From: an uncultured Gammaproteobacteria bacterium
GTDB taxonomy: Bacteria > Patescibacteriota > Patescibacteriia > Patescibacteriales > Patescibacteriaceae
DNA length: 64,000 bases
Reading direction: 5' to 3'
NCBI GenBank assembly: GCA_964628045.1
Contig: CAZVMF010000001.1
Location: 47,049 to 111,048, forward strand
Shown here: positions 28,379-36,202 of the stretch, one piece after another
Numbering within the stretch: position 1 is the first letter of the stretch
How the letters are laid out: each line of letters starts with the position of its first letter
The notes under the pieces: model-generated
Told to the model about the DNA's origin: nothing
Databases searched by the model: none
The model's input: the letters and a program-made list of their open reading frames with translations, nothing else
Position numbers and translations under genes: made by a program

Positions 28379-28849
28379 ATGGCAGTCCGTGATAAAACTT
28401 CGTTTAAACCAAATGAGATATATTTCGTTACATTTACAATACTAAATTGGGAGAAGGTATTTATTGATGACATTTCATGTGAGCTAGTATATAAGTGGTT
28501 CCGTTACATGGAAGATAAATATGGTAACAAGATATATGGCTATGTAATTATGCCTAATCATATTCATGTGCTGTTCTATATTTCTGATAAATCTCCTAGA
28601 TTATCAACACTTATATTTAATGCTAAGAGGTTCTTGGCTTATCAGCTACACTGTTTGTTTGAGCCTAGGTATGATTCATTAATGATCCAGAGTAGAAAAT
28701 TCTTCTTAGAAAAGCTAAACTATATACATAGCAATCCATGTCGGGAACATTGGCAATTAGTTGATAAGCCCGAGAAGTATAAGCATTCCAGCGCCTCTAA
28801 CTATATTATAGGAATTGGGAAATATCCGGTTGTTTGCATTGATTTCTAA
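28379..28849 (+). CDS. REP-associated tyrosine transposase (RAYT, IS200/Y1 HUH family)
   Basis: 156 aa. EIYFVTFTI..., HUH motif YVIMPNHIHVLF, catalytic-Tyr motif YIHSNPCREHWQLVDKPEKYKHSSASNY. Confidence 0.85.
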   Translation: MAVRDKTSFKPNEIYFVTFTILNWEKVFIDDISCELVYKWFRYMEDKYGNKIYGYVIMPNHIHVLFYISDKSPRLSTLIFNAKRFLAYQLHCLFEPRYDSLMIQSRKFFLEKLNYIHSNPCREHWQLVDKPEKYKHSSASNYIIGIGKYPVVCIDF

Positions 28850-28853
28850 ATAA

Positions 28854-28883
28854 CGGCAGAATCCCTTTCAGGAGATTCTGCCG
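28854..28883. repeat. REP hairpin (right of RAYT)
   Basis: CGGCAGAATCCC-tttca-GGAGATTCTGCCG. Confidence 0.8.
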
Positions 28884-29153
28884 CAGCCAAGAAATGCTGA
28901 TGAATATCAGCAGGGAGCCCAAGATTTTGTTGGAGAGGCAATACAAAAAGGTTACTCAGCAACTATTAGCGTTTTTGACAATACTGTTAGAATTTGGGAT
29001 TCAGCAACTCAGCGTTTTGGTAGTTACTTATTAAGAGATGGAGCACTTACACCTATAACATTCATGAAAACTGATCGAGCAAATTATTGGGTCAATCAAA
29101 TGAAAAATTATGTTGGACAAATTTCGTATGACCTGAAGAATCTTATTGATTAA
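28884..29153 (+). pseudogene. Orphan toxin C-terminal remnant (open frame without start codon)
   Basis: My hand translation gives ...PRNADEYQQGAQDFVGEAIQKGYSATISVFDNTVRIWDSATQRFGSYLLRDGALTPITFMKTDRANYWVNQMKNYVGQISYDLKNLID*. The frame opens inside the REP at 28854, and the first ATG is at 29064. It is followed 33 nt later by a small immunity-like gene. Confidence 0.35.
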
Positions 29154-29186
29154 ATCCTAGTATGGTATTAAGTAATAAATAATGAT

Positions 29187-29564
29187 ATGAAAGAAAATAA
29201 TAATCATCACCATAATATAAATTTTTGTCCAGTTTGTGGTTTTGTTAGCGAAGGTGAGCCTTATTATATTAATGTTACACCCGGTCGCTATAATCCTAAT
29301 GAGGCAGTAATTTGCCCATCCTGTGGTTATCAGCCCGGAGTTACTGATATTGATAAGGGATACTCGTTCAAATCTTGGCGTCATAAATGGATAGAAACTG
29401 GCGCACAATGGGGCACATTTTTTGTTCCCGCGTCTAAGGATTGGAATCCTAAGGATCAGCTAAAAAGAATAGGGGTTATATTAGATGATAATAATCAGAT
29501 AACTGAGGAACCCGAGGATCCAGAATGGCATTGGGTGCCGACAGACGAAGAAAGGGGGGTCTAG
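29187..29564 (+). CDS. Putative immunity protein with zinc-ribbon (CPVCG...CPSCG)
   Basis: 125-aa ORF directly downstream of the toxin remnant. It has two CxxCG knuckles. Assignment rests on context. Confidence 0.4.
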   Translation: MKENNNHHHNINFCPVCGFVSEGEPYYINVTPGRYNPNEAVICPSCGYQPGVTDIDKGYSFKSWRHKWIETGAQWGTFFVPASKDWNPKDQLKRIGVILDDNNQITEEPEDPEWHWVPTDEERGV

Positions 29565-29566
29565 AG

Positions 29567-29602
29567 TTGGTCCCGTCACAGTCTCTGCCAGGGACCATGA
29601 CA
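29567..29602. repeat. 36-nt repeat copy 1 (TTGGTCCCGTCACAGTCTCTGCCAGGGACCATGACA)
   Basis: 31/36 identical to 30097-30132. Both copies start 2-4 nt after the stop codon of an immunity-like gene. Hairpin TGGTCCC...GGGACCA. Confidence 0.75.
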
Positions 29603-29666
29603 GAAGAAAATCATTTTAGCTCCTGCAGAATTTCTGCAAGGGATTCTATCACAGACAAATAATATT

Positions 29667-30092
29667 ATGAAAACTAATATTGAGAATTTTATATTCTTAC
29701 CTGAAGTCAATAGTCAACTTATAAAAGACAAATATCCCGAGTCATATATTGCCATGATCCCTTCAGACTTACAAACTGAACGAGATTTAATGATTGCTTA
29801 TGAGAAATCTGTTAACCCGCCATTCTTTGGAAGAAATTGGGATTCTCTAAATGAAATTTTGCATGATTTTTCGTGGATAAATCAGAAAGAAGTCATTATT
29901 GCTCATGAAGATTTACCAACTAATCTTAATATAGAAGACATTAAGAGTATGCTCTCGGTTCTCTCCGATGCGGTACAGTTACTTAAAGATGGCCCAAGAG
30001 AAGGGTTTGAATTGCCTGACGGGAAGCACGCGCTGACCGTGATTTTTCCTTTGGAAGCAAAGACCAGAATTGAAGAAGTATTAAAACAGTAG
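29667..30092 (+). CDS. Barstar-like immunity protein (barnase-inhibitor family)
   Basis: 141 aa. PPFFGRNWDSLNEILHDFSWINQKEVIIAHEDL parallels barstar [25 protein letters not shown]. Confidence 0.65.
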   Translation: MKTNIENFIFLPEVNSQLIKDKYPESYIAMIPSDLQTERDLMIAYEKSVNPPFFGRNWDSLNEILHDFSWINQKEVIIAHEDLPTNLNIEDIKSMLSVLSDAVQLLKDGPREGFELPDGKHALTVIFPLEAKTRIEEVLKQ

Positions 30093-30096
30093 ACTA

Positions 30097-30132
30097 TTGG
30101 TCCCGTCACAGTCTCCGCGAGGGACTGTGACG
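30097..30132. repeat. 36-nt repeat copy 2 (TTGGTCCCGTCACAGTCTCCGCGAGGGACTGTGACG)
   Basis: Perfect 10-bp stem CGTCACAGTC/GACTGTGACG. See copy 1. Confidence 0.75.
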
Positions 30133-30233
30133 TAAGACGATAAAAACGGCTATTCTTGACAAAAATCTAAAAAAGCGTAGGGTTACGAATTGGCTAATTT
30201 TACTAACCAATTCTTATAAACATTAGTATTTGT

Positions 30234-32120
30234 ATGAAAAAACATTTTAAACTAGGCTATGTTTTTGCTGCACTTTGTTTGGTGTTCGTTCCATTATTTT
30301 CAATTCGTTCAGCTCAACCGGCCGAAAATCCGGCTTCTGCCATCGTTAAAATTCAAAGCTATGCTTTGGATACTAATAATAAGCTGCAGCCGGTTGTAAC
30401 CGGAAGCGGAGTTATTATCGATGAAAACGGCTTAATCTTAACTACGAGTGACGTTACCGAAGTTCAAAATACTTATGACGGCTCGCGTTCTGATACGGCG
30501 TATAACATTTGTTTAACAGTAAACGAGAACGCATCAGCCGATTGTTCTTATACGGCTCATAAAATTTCAAATGAAGAAGGGGGCGCTTTTGTGCTGCTAC
30601 GAATTGATCAAAGCACGGAATCATCGCCAATTGTTTTTCCGTATTTAACTATAAAATCTACCGACACCTCAAAGTTAAACGATTCAGTAACTCTTTTTGA
30701 GTACAAGAATGATTTGCGTAACTTCCTTACGAAAACTACGGGTGTTATCAGCGCTAAATCAAGTGAGGAGGGTGTGATATTATTTTCTAATACCGATAAC
30801 TATACAGCACAGGATGCCGGGGGAGTTTTGGTTGATAGCGAGCGAAACGCAATTGGTTTGACATTAATGGAGTATTCAGAAGCGCTTGATGTCAGCCCTT
30901 TTATTCTGACAATTAGTCCAGATTATTCATGGATTGAAGAATCCAAAGATAATGAAATAGTAAGTTCTGAACTCGATGCTCAGCTCGATGAATTTCTTGC
31001 TCGTTCAAAAGCTTTGGGGTCCACTAACATCTTTGAAAGTAATGCACCGCATTTCAAGATTACAAAACCGGACGAATATTCTTACTATTTACCATCCGAA
31101 GAAATGTTTATCGCGGGCAATCCGAGTAATGATCAAAGCGGCGGTCTTGCGATAGTCACCGTAAAAGAACCATTTATTACTTCAGTTGATGACGTAATTT
31201 CTCAATTAAAGCGTTTAGCTGTTAAGAAAGGAAGTCTTGGCTTGCTTCAAATCAATGGTCATGAGACCACAATGCTCAATGGCCATGAGGTTGAAAAAGT
31301 TCATTATACCGACAATGGAGGAGAAGCTAAGATTTATGTTATTCCGGCAGAGAATTATCTGTTGTTCGTATTTTATGATTATGGTGCGAATGATCAAGAT
31401 AAGTTGCTTGTTGATTCAATGATTCAATCTATTGATATTCCATATTCTGATATACACTTTGATGAACAGCAACGATATTCGCAAGCCGATCCGTACTTTG
31501 CCTTTCAATTAAAAGATGATTGGGTTGCTATGGCACAAAATGATCCGGCAGCTCCATTGCAAATTTTTAATAAAAAATACCGCGATGTGTTTATTCAAGT
31601 CACAACTGAAAAAACCGGTGAAGAACCGTATACTCAAGAAGATTTAGCGGTAATTTTGGAGGGCGCTTCGCAGTTGATAAACAATCCTGAATTCGGATGT
31701 TTGTTTAATACTCGCGATGAATTTAGAGACATTGTAAAACATTATGACGTTTCTGATAATTTCAAGGATACTTTAAAATCATTAGCAATTTTTAAGGAAC
31801 GAATTGATAATGAAGTTATGATGTATGAATATGGTTTTTCAAAACAGCTAGACAGCGGATATCTTATCCATGTTTCAATGATAACGACTAACCCGTCGCC
31901 AGAATACTTAATCGCTTACCAAAACGAATTTCACCGAGTTTTGGAGGGCTTCACGCTCAATCAATTAGATTCTGACAACGATGGATTATTGGATGACGAC
32001 GAAGTTAAATATGGCACGGACATTCATAGCTCAGATTCAGACAATGATGGTTATGCTGATAAACTAGAAATTGATAATGGATATAGTCCATTGGGGCCAG
32101 GAAAATTAGAGAAAAAATAA
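30234..32120 (+). CDS. Secreted trypsin-fold (S1C-like) pseudoprotease with C-terminal thrombospondin-type-3-like repeats
   Basis: 628 aa with a signal peptide. GSGVIIDENGLILTTSDV sits where S1C proteases have ..LTNxHV. AQDAGGVLVD sits where they have GNSGGPLVD. C-terminal repeats DSDNDGLLDDDE / DSDNDGYADKLE. Confidence 0.55.
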   Translation: MKKHFKLGYVFAALCLVFVPLFSIRSAQPAENPASAIVKIQSYALDTNNKLQPVVTGSGVIIDENGLILTTSDVTEVQNTYDGSRSDTAYNICLTVNENASADCSYTAHKISNEEGGAFVLLRIDQSTESSPIVFPYLTIKSTDTSKLNDSVTLFEYKNDLRNFLTKTTGVISAKSSEEGVILFSNTDNYTAQDAGGVLVDSERNAIGLTLMEYSEALDVSPFILTISPDYSWIEESKDNEIVSSELDAQLDEFLARSKALGSTNIFESNAPHFKITKPDEYSYYLPSEEMFIAGNPSNDQSGGLAIVTVKEPFITSVDDVISQLKRLAVKKGSLGLLQINGHETTMLNGHEVEKVHYTDNGGEAKIYVIPAENYLLFVFYDYGANDQDKLLVDSMIQSIDIPYSDIHFDEQQRYSQADPYFAFQLKDDWVAMAQNDPAAPLQIFNKKYRDVFIQVTTEKTGEEPYTQEDLAVILEGASQLINNPEFGCLFNTRDEFRDIVKHYDVSDNFKDTLKSLAIFKERIDNEVMMYEYGFSKQLDSGYLIHVSMITTNPSPEYLIAYQNEFHRVLEGFTLNQLDSDNDGLLDDDEVKYGTDIHSSDSDNDGYADKLEIDNGYSPLGPGKLEKK

Positions 32121-32188
32121 GCATTGCGTAAGTTATTTTCTTTTGTTAAAATGGGCGTATTACTCTCCATTATTATTAATGAAGAAAT

Positions 32189-32380
32189 ATGTCGCAAGAA
32201 GTTACAAACTCCGAAATTTTAGGGGCTATCCACGCTTTCTCCGAAAGTGTAGATAAACGCTTTGATCGAATCGAATCAACAATGGCCACAAAGAATCAAG
32301 TCAATATTTTAATTGACGTTTTGCACGAGAATAAAGTAATTACAAGCTTTGAAGCTAAGACTGTTAAATCAATTGCGTAG
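32189..32380 (+). CDS. Hypothetical small protein
   Basis: 63-aa ORF followed by a strong terminator. No family recognised. Confidence 0.4.
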   Translation: MSQEVTNSEILGAIHAFSESVDKRFDRIESTMATKNQVNILIDVLHENKVITSFEAKTVKSIA

Positions 32381-32420
32381 TTTTTTAGCTTGAACTCAGC
32401 GGTTTAAAATAAATCCCTCC

Positions 32421-32454
32421 ATACCCTCCTTTACTAACTAATAAAGGAGGGTAT
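32421..32454 (+). terminator. Rho-independent terminator
   Basis: 13-bp stem ATACCCTCCTTTA/TAAAGGAGGGTAT followed by GTTTGT. Confidence 0.6.
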
Positions 32455-32601
32455 GTTTGTAGTTAAGCGTCACGACGGTGCCGATGGAATAAGTCCATAT
32501 AAACTTGCATCAATAGAATTTATAGAAAATTGACAGTTATATAAGAAATCATGTAATCTAGACATAAATAATGCACTGAACTTTAACAAACGGAGGACTT
32601 T

Positions 32602-33279
32602 GTGGCAGGAAAAAATAAAAAATCAAATTCAAGTAAAATTAATGCTGAGAAGTTGGCATGTAAGTTTTTAAATAAATTTCCGGAGACAGAAAACGAATTC
32701 TTCGGAGTAATTGAAGGATTGGGTGGGGTTGCCTATTTCGAGCGTCGGCTTGTAAACAAGGGAGAGATTCCCCATAACCATAAAACCAATAAGTTTATTT
32801 CTAATTTGTCCGCAGTACAGCATTTCGTAGCCGAAAAATTATATGAAAAATATAATGTTATCAGCCCGCAGGAATCGCCCAAGCGAGGTGATGAAAATGC
32901 ACAGCCGGCTCCTGAAGGGAAAATATATTACTGGGATTGGTACGAAAAAACCAAATTAAGTTATTATAAAGAACAACACGATAACATTATTTGCTCAGGC
33001 TGTGTTTTTAGCGGTGGTGAAAAACAAATGGCGCATTCAGGTGGAGGCATTCCCTGCAATAGAATCAATGGTTCTATGAATACGCTTTGGTTTCGCTTTG
33101 AATGTGATTTTGAAAAAGAAAATAATCATTTCTTTCCAAATGAAACACTTTTTGAAGCCTTGGAAAAAAAGGGCGGAGAAAAAGCGATCATCGCTTACGA
33201 AACGAAAAAAGATGAATTACGGAAGATTAATTTCGAGACGATAAAGCACATTGATCTACCCATTAGATATAAGCAATAA
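32602..33279 (+). CDS. Hypothetical protein (GTG start)
   Basis: 225 aa. GGAGG lies 5 nt upstream of the GTG, with a TTGACA-type promoter ~70 nt upstream. No family recognised. Confidence 0.45.
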   Translation: MAGKNKKSNSSKINAEKLACKFLNKFPETENEFFGVIEGLGGVAYFERRLVNKGEIPHNHKTNKFISNLSAVQHFVAEKLYEKYNVISPQESPKRGDENAQPAPEGKIYYWDWYEKTKLSYYKEQHDNIICSGCVFSGGEKQMAHSGGGIPCNRINGSMNTLWFRFECDFEKENNHFFPNETLFEALEKKGGEKAIIAYETKKDELRKINFETIKHIDLPIRYKQ

Positions 33280-33288
33280 TATTTGTTT

Positions 33289-33320
33289 AAAACCCGCGTT
33301 TAAAAAAACGCGGGTTTTTT
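33289..33320. terminator. Bidirectional rho-independent terminator
   Basis: AAACCCGCGTT-taaaaa-AACGCGGGTTT followed by TTTT, between convergent genes. Confidence 0.85.
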
Positions 33321-33338
33321 GCTACAAATTTAATTGAG

Positions 33339-35159
33339 CTACTCCACTGTCACCGACTTTGCTAAATTTCGAGGTTTATCAACATCAAAACCGCGTTCGC
33401 GGGCCATATAATACGCAAAAAGTTGTAAGGGGATTGTTGTTAGGATCGGTTCTAACATTTCAATTGTTTTTGGTACAAAGATTATATCATCAGCTAATTG
33501 GCCAATTTCTTCATCGCCTAAGGTTGCAATCGCGATTACCGGACCTTTGCGTGCCTTAATTTCTTGTATATTAGAAATAACTTTCTCATAGACACTATCT
33601 TGCGGAACAATGGCGATTGTTGGAAAATGTTCATCAATCATAGCAAGCGGTCCGTGTTTCATTTCACCAGCGCCATATCCTTCAGCATGAATATACGAAA
33701 CTTCTTTTAATTTTAACGCGCCTTCGAAGGCGATGGAATAATTATATTTGCGTCCGATATATAGAAAATCTCGAACTGTAGTATAGCGTTTTGCTAGCTC
33801 TTGTATTTTTTCTCCTTGTGTTAAAATCGTCTTTATTTTTTCAGGTAATCTGGCTAGCTCTTCGGCAATAGCTTTTCCTGCGGAGAGCGTCATATTTCGT
33901 TGTCGTCCTAAAAATAATGTAAGTAAAGCTAAAACTGTAAGTTGAGAAATAAAAGCTTTTGTTGAAGCAACTCCGATTTCGGGTCCGGCGTGATTATAAA
34001 TACCGGCGTCCGTCTCGCGTGCAATAGTCGAGCCGACTGCGTTAACAATGCCGATCGTTAGCGCGCCTTTGCGTTTCGCTTCGCGAATCGCTTCGAGCGT
34101 ATCGGCTGTTTCACCCGATTGAGAAATAGCGAGTAGCATCGTTTTCGCATCAATAATAGGGCGTCGATAACGAAACTCTGATCCAACTTCTACCTCAGTA
34201 GGAATTCCGGCACATTCTTCAAACATATATTCACCGGTAAGACCTGCATAATACGCCGTTCCGCAACCGACAATAATAATGCGATTAATATTTCGTAGTT
34301 TTTCGGTTACTGCTTCGATGCCGCCGAGCTTCACTGAACCAAGCTTTGTTAAGAGACGTCCGCGCATACTGTTTTTGATAACTTCGGGCGCTTCCATTAT
34401 TTCTTTAAGCATAAAGCTTTCAAATCCGTCTTTTTTAATTTGTTCAGCGTCCCATTCTAATGTTTCAACGGAAGCTTCAATGTGTTGGTTGTCCAAACTA
34501 AATACGCGGTGACTACTTGGCGTAATAACGGCAACTTCGCCGTCCCGAAGATAGATAACATTTTTTGTGTGACGCAAAATTGGTGAAGGATCCGAAGCGA
34601 TAAAATTCTCATCGGTTCCAAGTCCTAATACTACAGGAGCGCCCATGCGGGCAGCAATTATTTTTTCCGGCTCTTGTTTATTCATAACAGCGATTCCATA
34701 TGTACCGCGAACCTGATTCAACGCTGAAAGTACGGCTGTTTCAAAATTTCCCGATTCTTTTAAATAATGTTCAATTAAGTGAGCCAATACCTCGGTATCG
34801 GTTGCCGAAACAAAACTATGGCCGGCGTCCGCTAACATATTCTTTATCGCCTTATAGTTTTCAATAATTCCATTGTGGACAAGCCATATATCGCCCGAGC
34901 AATCCGAATGCGGATGAGCGTTAAGTTCGGTTGGCTCACCGTGCGTTGCCCAGCGTAAATGAGCAATTCCGCTGGTTCCGACGAGTTGATTGGACAGCTT
35001 GTCTTTAAGGTTTTGGACGGGCCCCGCGGCTTTACTGACTCCGTTTTGCGGCATAAATATCCCGGCGGAATCATAACCGCGGTACTCAAGACAGCTTAAA
35101 CCGTCGAGTAAAATAGGGGAGGCGTTTTGTTTGCCTGTAAAGCCGAATATGCCGCACAT
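33339..35159 (-). CDS. glmS: Glutamine--fructose-6-phosphate aminotransferase (isomerizing)
   Basis: 606 aa. MCGIFG N-terminal nucleophile, two SIS domains, and the canonical C-terminus KPRNLAKSVTVE. Confidence 0.95.
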   Translation of the reverse strand: MCGIFGFTGKQNASPILLDGLSCLEYRGYDSAGIFMPQNGVSKAAGPVQNLKDKLSNQLVGTSGIAHLRWATHGEPTELNAHPHSDCSGDIWLVHNGIIENYKAIKNMLADAGHSFVSATDTEVLAHLIEHYLKESGNFETAVLSALNQVRGTYGIAVMNKQEPEKIIAARMGAPVVLGLGTDENFIASDPSPILRHTKNVIYLRDGEVAVITPSSHRVFSLDNQHIEASVETLEWDAEQIKKDGFESFMLKEIMEAPEVIKNSMRGRLLTKLGSVKLGGIEAVTEKLRNINRIIIVGCGTAYYAGLTGEYMFEECAGIPTEVEVGSEFRYRRPIIDAKTMLLAISQSGETADTLEAIREAKRKGALTIGIVNAVGSTIARETDAGIYNHAGPEIGVASTKAFISQLTVLALLTLFLGRQRNMTLSAGKAIAEELARLPEKIKTILTQGEKIQELAKRYTTVRDFLYIGRKYNYSIAFEGALKLKEVSYIHAEGYGAGEMKHGPLAMIDEHFPTIAIVPQDSVYEKVISNIQEIKARKGPVIAIATLGDEEIGQLADDIIFVPKTIEMLEPILTTIPLQLFAYYMARERGFDVDKPRNLAKSVTVE

Positions 35160-35257
35160 AAGGGTTTGTGGATAAGTCTAGTGATAATCCAAGCTCTTTT
35201 TAAGACCTAACTAAAATATCACGAATTTCCCTTTAAAACAAATAAAAGCCCTAGGGC

Positions 35258-35285
35258 TTGACAGCTGTTTTAGTTAGTGTATAAT
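35258..35285 (+). promoter_or_regulatory. Sigma70 promoter of the nicotinamidase-like/vWA/PP2C/kinase operon
   Basis: TTGACA (35258-35263), 16 nt, TATAAT (35280-35285). 31/38 identical to the pnuC promoter at 39743-39780. Confidence 0.65.
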
Positions 35286-35293
35286 ACACACTA
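35275..35293. promoter_or_regulatory. Candidate NrtR operator 1 (TAGTGT-N7-ACACTA)
   Basis: Perfect 6+6 palindrome overlapping the -10 box. The same half-sites occur at 39761-39779. Confidence 0.55.
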
Positions 35294-35295
35294 TA

Positions 35296-35314
35296 AGGTG
35301 TATAAAATACACTA
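35296..35314. promoter_or_regulatory. Candidate NrtR operator 2 (AGGTGT-N7-ACACTA)
   Basis: Second palindrome, 2 nt downstream of operator 1. The inner part is the perfect GTGTAT-AAA-ATACAC. Confidence 0.5.
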
Positions 35315-35356
35315 AGTAAAACGGAACGAACTTTCAAAACTAAATATAATACCAAC

Positions 35357-36184
35357 ATGAAAAACTCAGTAAACGTTCATTTGCTGGTCATCGACCCGCA
35401 GAATGATTTTATGGATCTTCCTAATTCCGCATTGCCCGTTACAGGCGCAAATGCAGATATGAAACGTTTGGCCGATTTCATCAATATAAACGGCAAACGC
35501 ATCGAAGATATTCACGTAACGCTTGATTCGCACCAGGTAGTCGATATCGCTCATCCGGCATGGTGGAGGAATTCAAAAGGCGAAATGCCTGCTCCTTACA
35601 CATTGATCTCAGCTGACGATATTGAAGCCGGTGTTTGGACGCCTCGCGATCCAAACCTGCGCATCCGTAGCCTGGAGTATGCTCGTTCGCTTGAAGCCAA
35701 CGGCAAATTCCAGCTCTTTATCTGGCCGCCTCATTGCCTTATTGGGACATGGGGACACGGCGTACAGGATAACCTGATCAAATCATTGCTTGATTGGCAG
35801 GAAAAAGAATACAAAATGGTTGACTTCGTGACCAAAGGTACCAACCCGTTTACAGAACACTACGGCGCCTTGATGGCAGAAGTGCCGGATCCGAAGGATC
35901 CGACAAGCGGTTTGAACACTCAGCTGCTTGAAATGCTGGTTGAAGCCGACGTGATACTCATTGCCGGCGAAGCGCTAAGCCACTGCGTTAAAGAAACACT
36001 CAACCAGATAGCCGATAACATCGGCGAAGAACACGTAAAAAAGATCCAGATTCTCACTGACTGCTGTTCACCGGTAGCCGCGGTTCCTAACGGACCCGAC
36101 TTCCCGGCGATCGCCGCAGCTTGGTTGAAGGACATGGAAAAACGCGGCGTTCAGCTCACAACCACACAAACATTCTTTAACTAA
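35357..36184 (+). CDS. Isochorismatase-family cysteine hydrolase, nicotinamidase-like
   Basis: 275 aa. LLVIDPQNDF (Asp), TKG (Lys), SHCVKET (Cys). DSHQVVDIAH resembles the PncA metal site D-x-H...H. Confidence 0.7.
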   Translation: MKNSVNVHLLVIDPQNDFMDLPNSALPVTGANADMKRLADFININGKRIEDIHVTLDSHQVVDIAHPAWWRNSKGEMPAPYTLISADDIEAGVWTPRDPNLRIRSLEYARSLEANGKFQLFIWPPHCLIGTWGHGVQDNLIKSLLDWQEKEYKMVDFVTKGTNPFTEHYGALMAEVPDPKDPTSGLNTQLLEMLVEADVILIAGEALSHCVKETLNQIADNIGEEHVKKIQILTDCCSPVAAVPNGPDFPAIAAAWLKDMEKRGVQLTTTQTFFN

Positions 36185-36202
36185 CGGAAAGGACTAAGAA
36201 CA

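Larger units (their letters stand above)
28326..28883 (+). mobile_element. RAYT unit: REP hairpin, Y1 (HUH) transposase, REP hairpin
   Basis: The IS200-like tyrosine transposase gene is flanked on both sides by near-identical hairpins CGGCAGAATC(T)CC..GG(A)GATTCTGCCG. Confidence 0.8.

Noticed and set aside
35167-35175. Perfect DnaA-box 9-mers (TGTGGATAA) at 35167-35175 and 39719-39727, plus a one-mismatch copy at ~21690, as a possible replication origin.
   Set aside because: There are only isolated boxes kilobases apart, with no cluster, no AT-rich unwinding element and no dnaA/dnaN nearby. Roughly 0.5 perfect matches are expected by chance in 64 kb on both strands. The two copies are more likely part of the duplicated promoter context (shared 11-mer TGTGGATAAGT).
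35160-35256. glmS ribozyme in the 5' leader of glmS (minus strand).
   Set aside because: The reverse complement of the leader is AT-rich. It lacks the conserved GC-rich core helices I associate with the glmS ribozyme, and the region is largely occupied by the divergent promoter.
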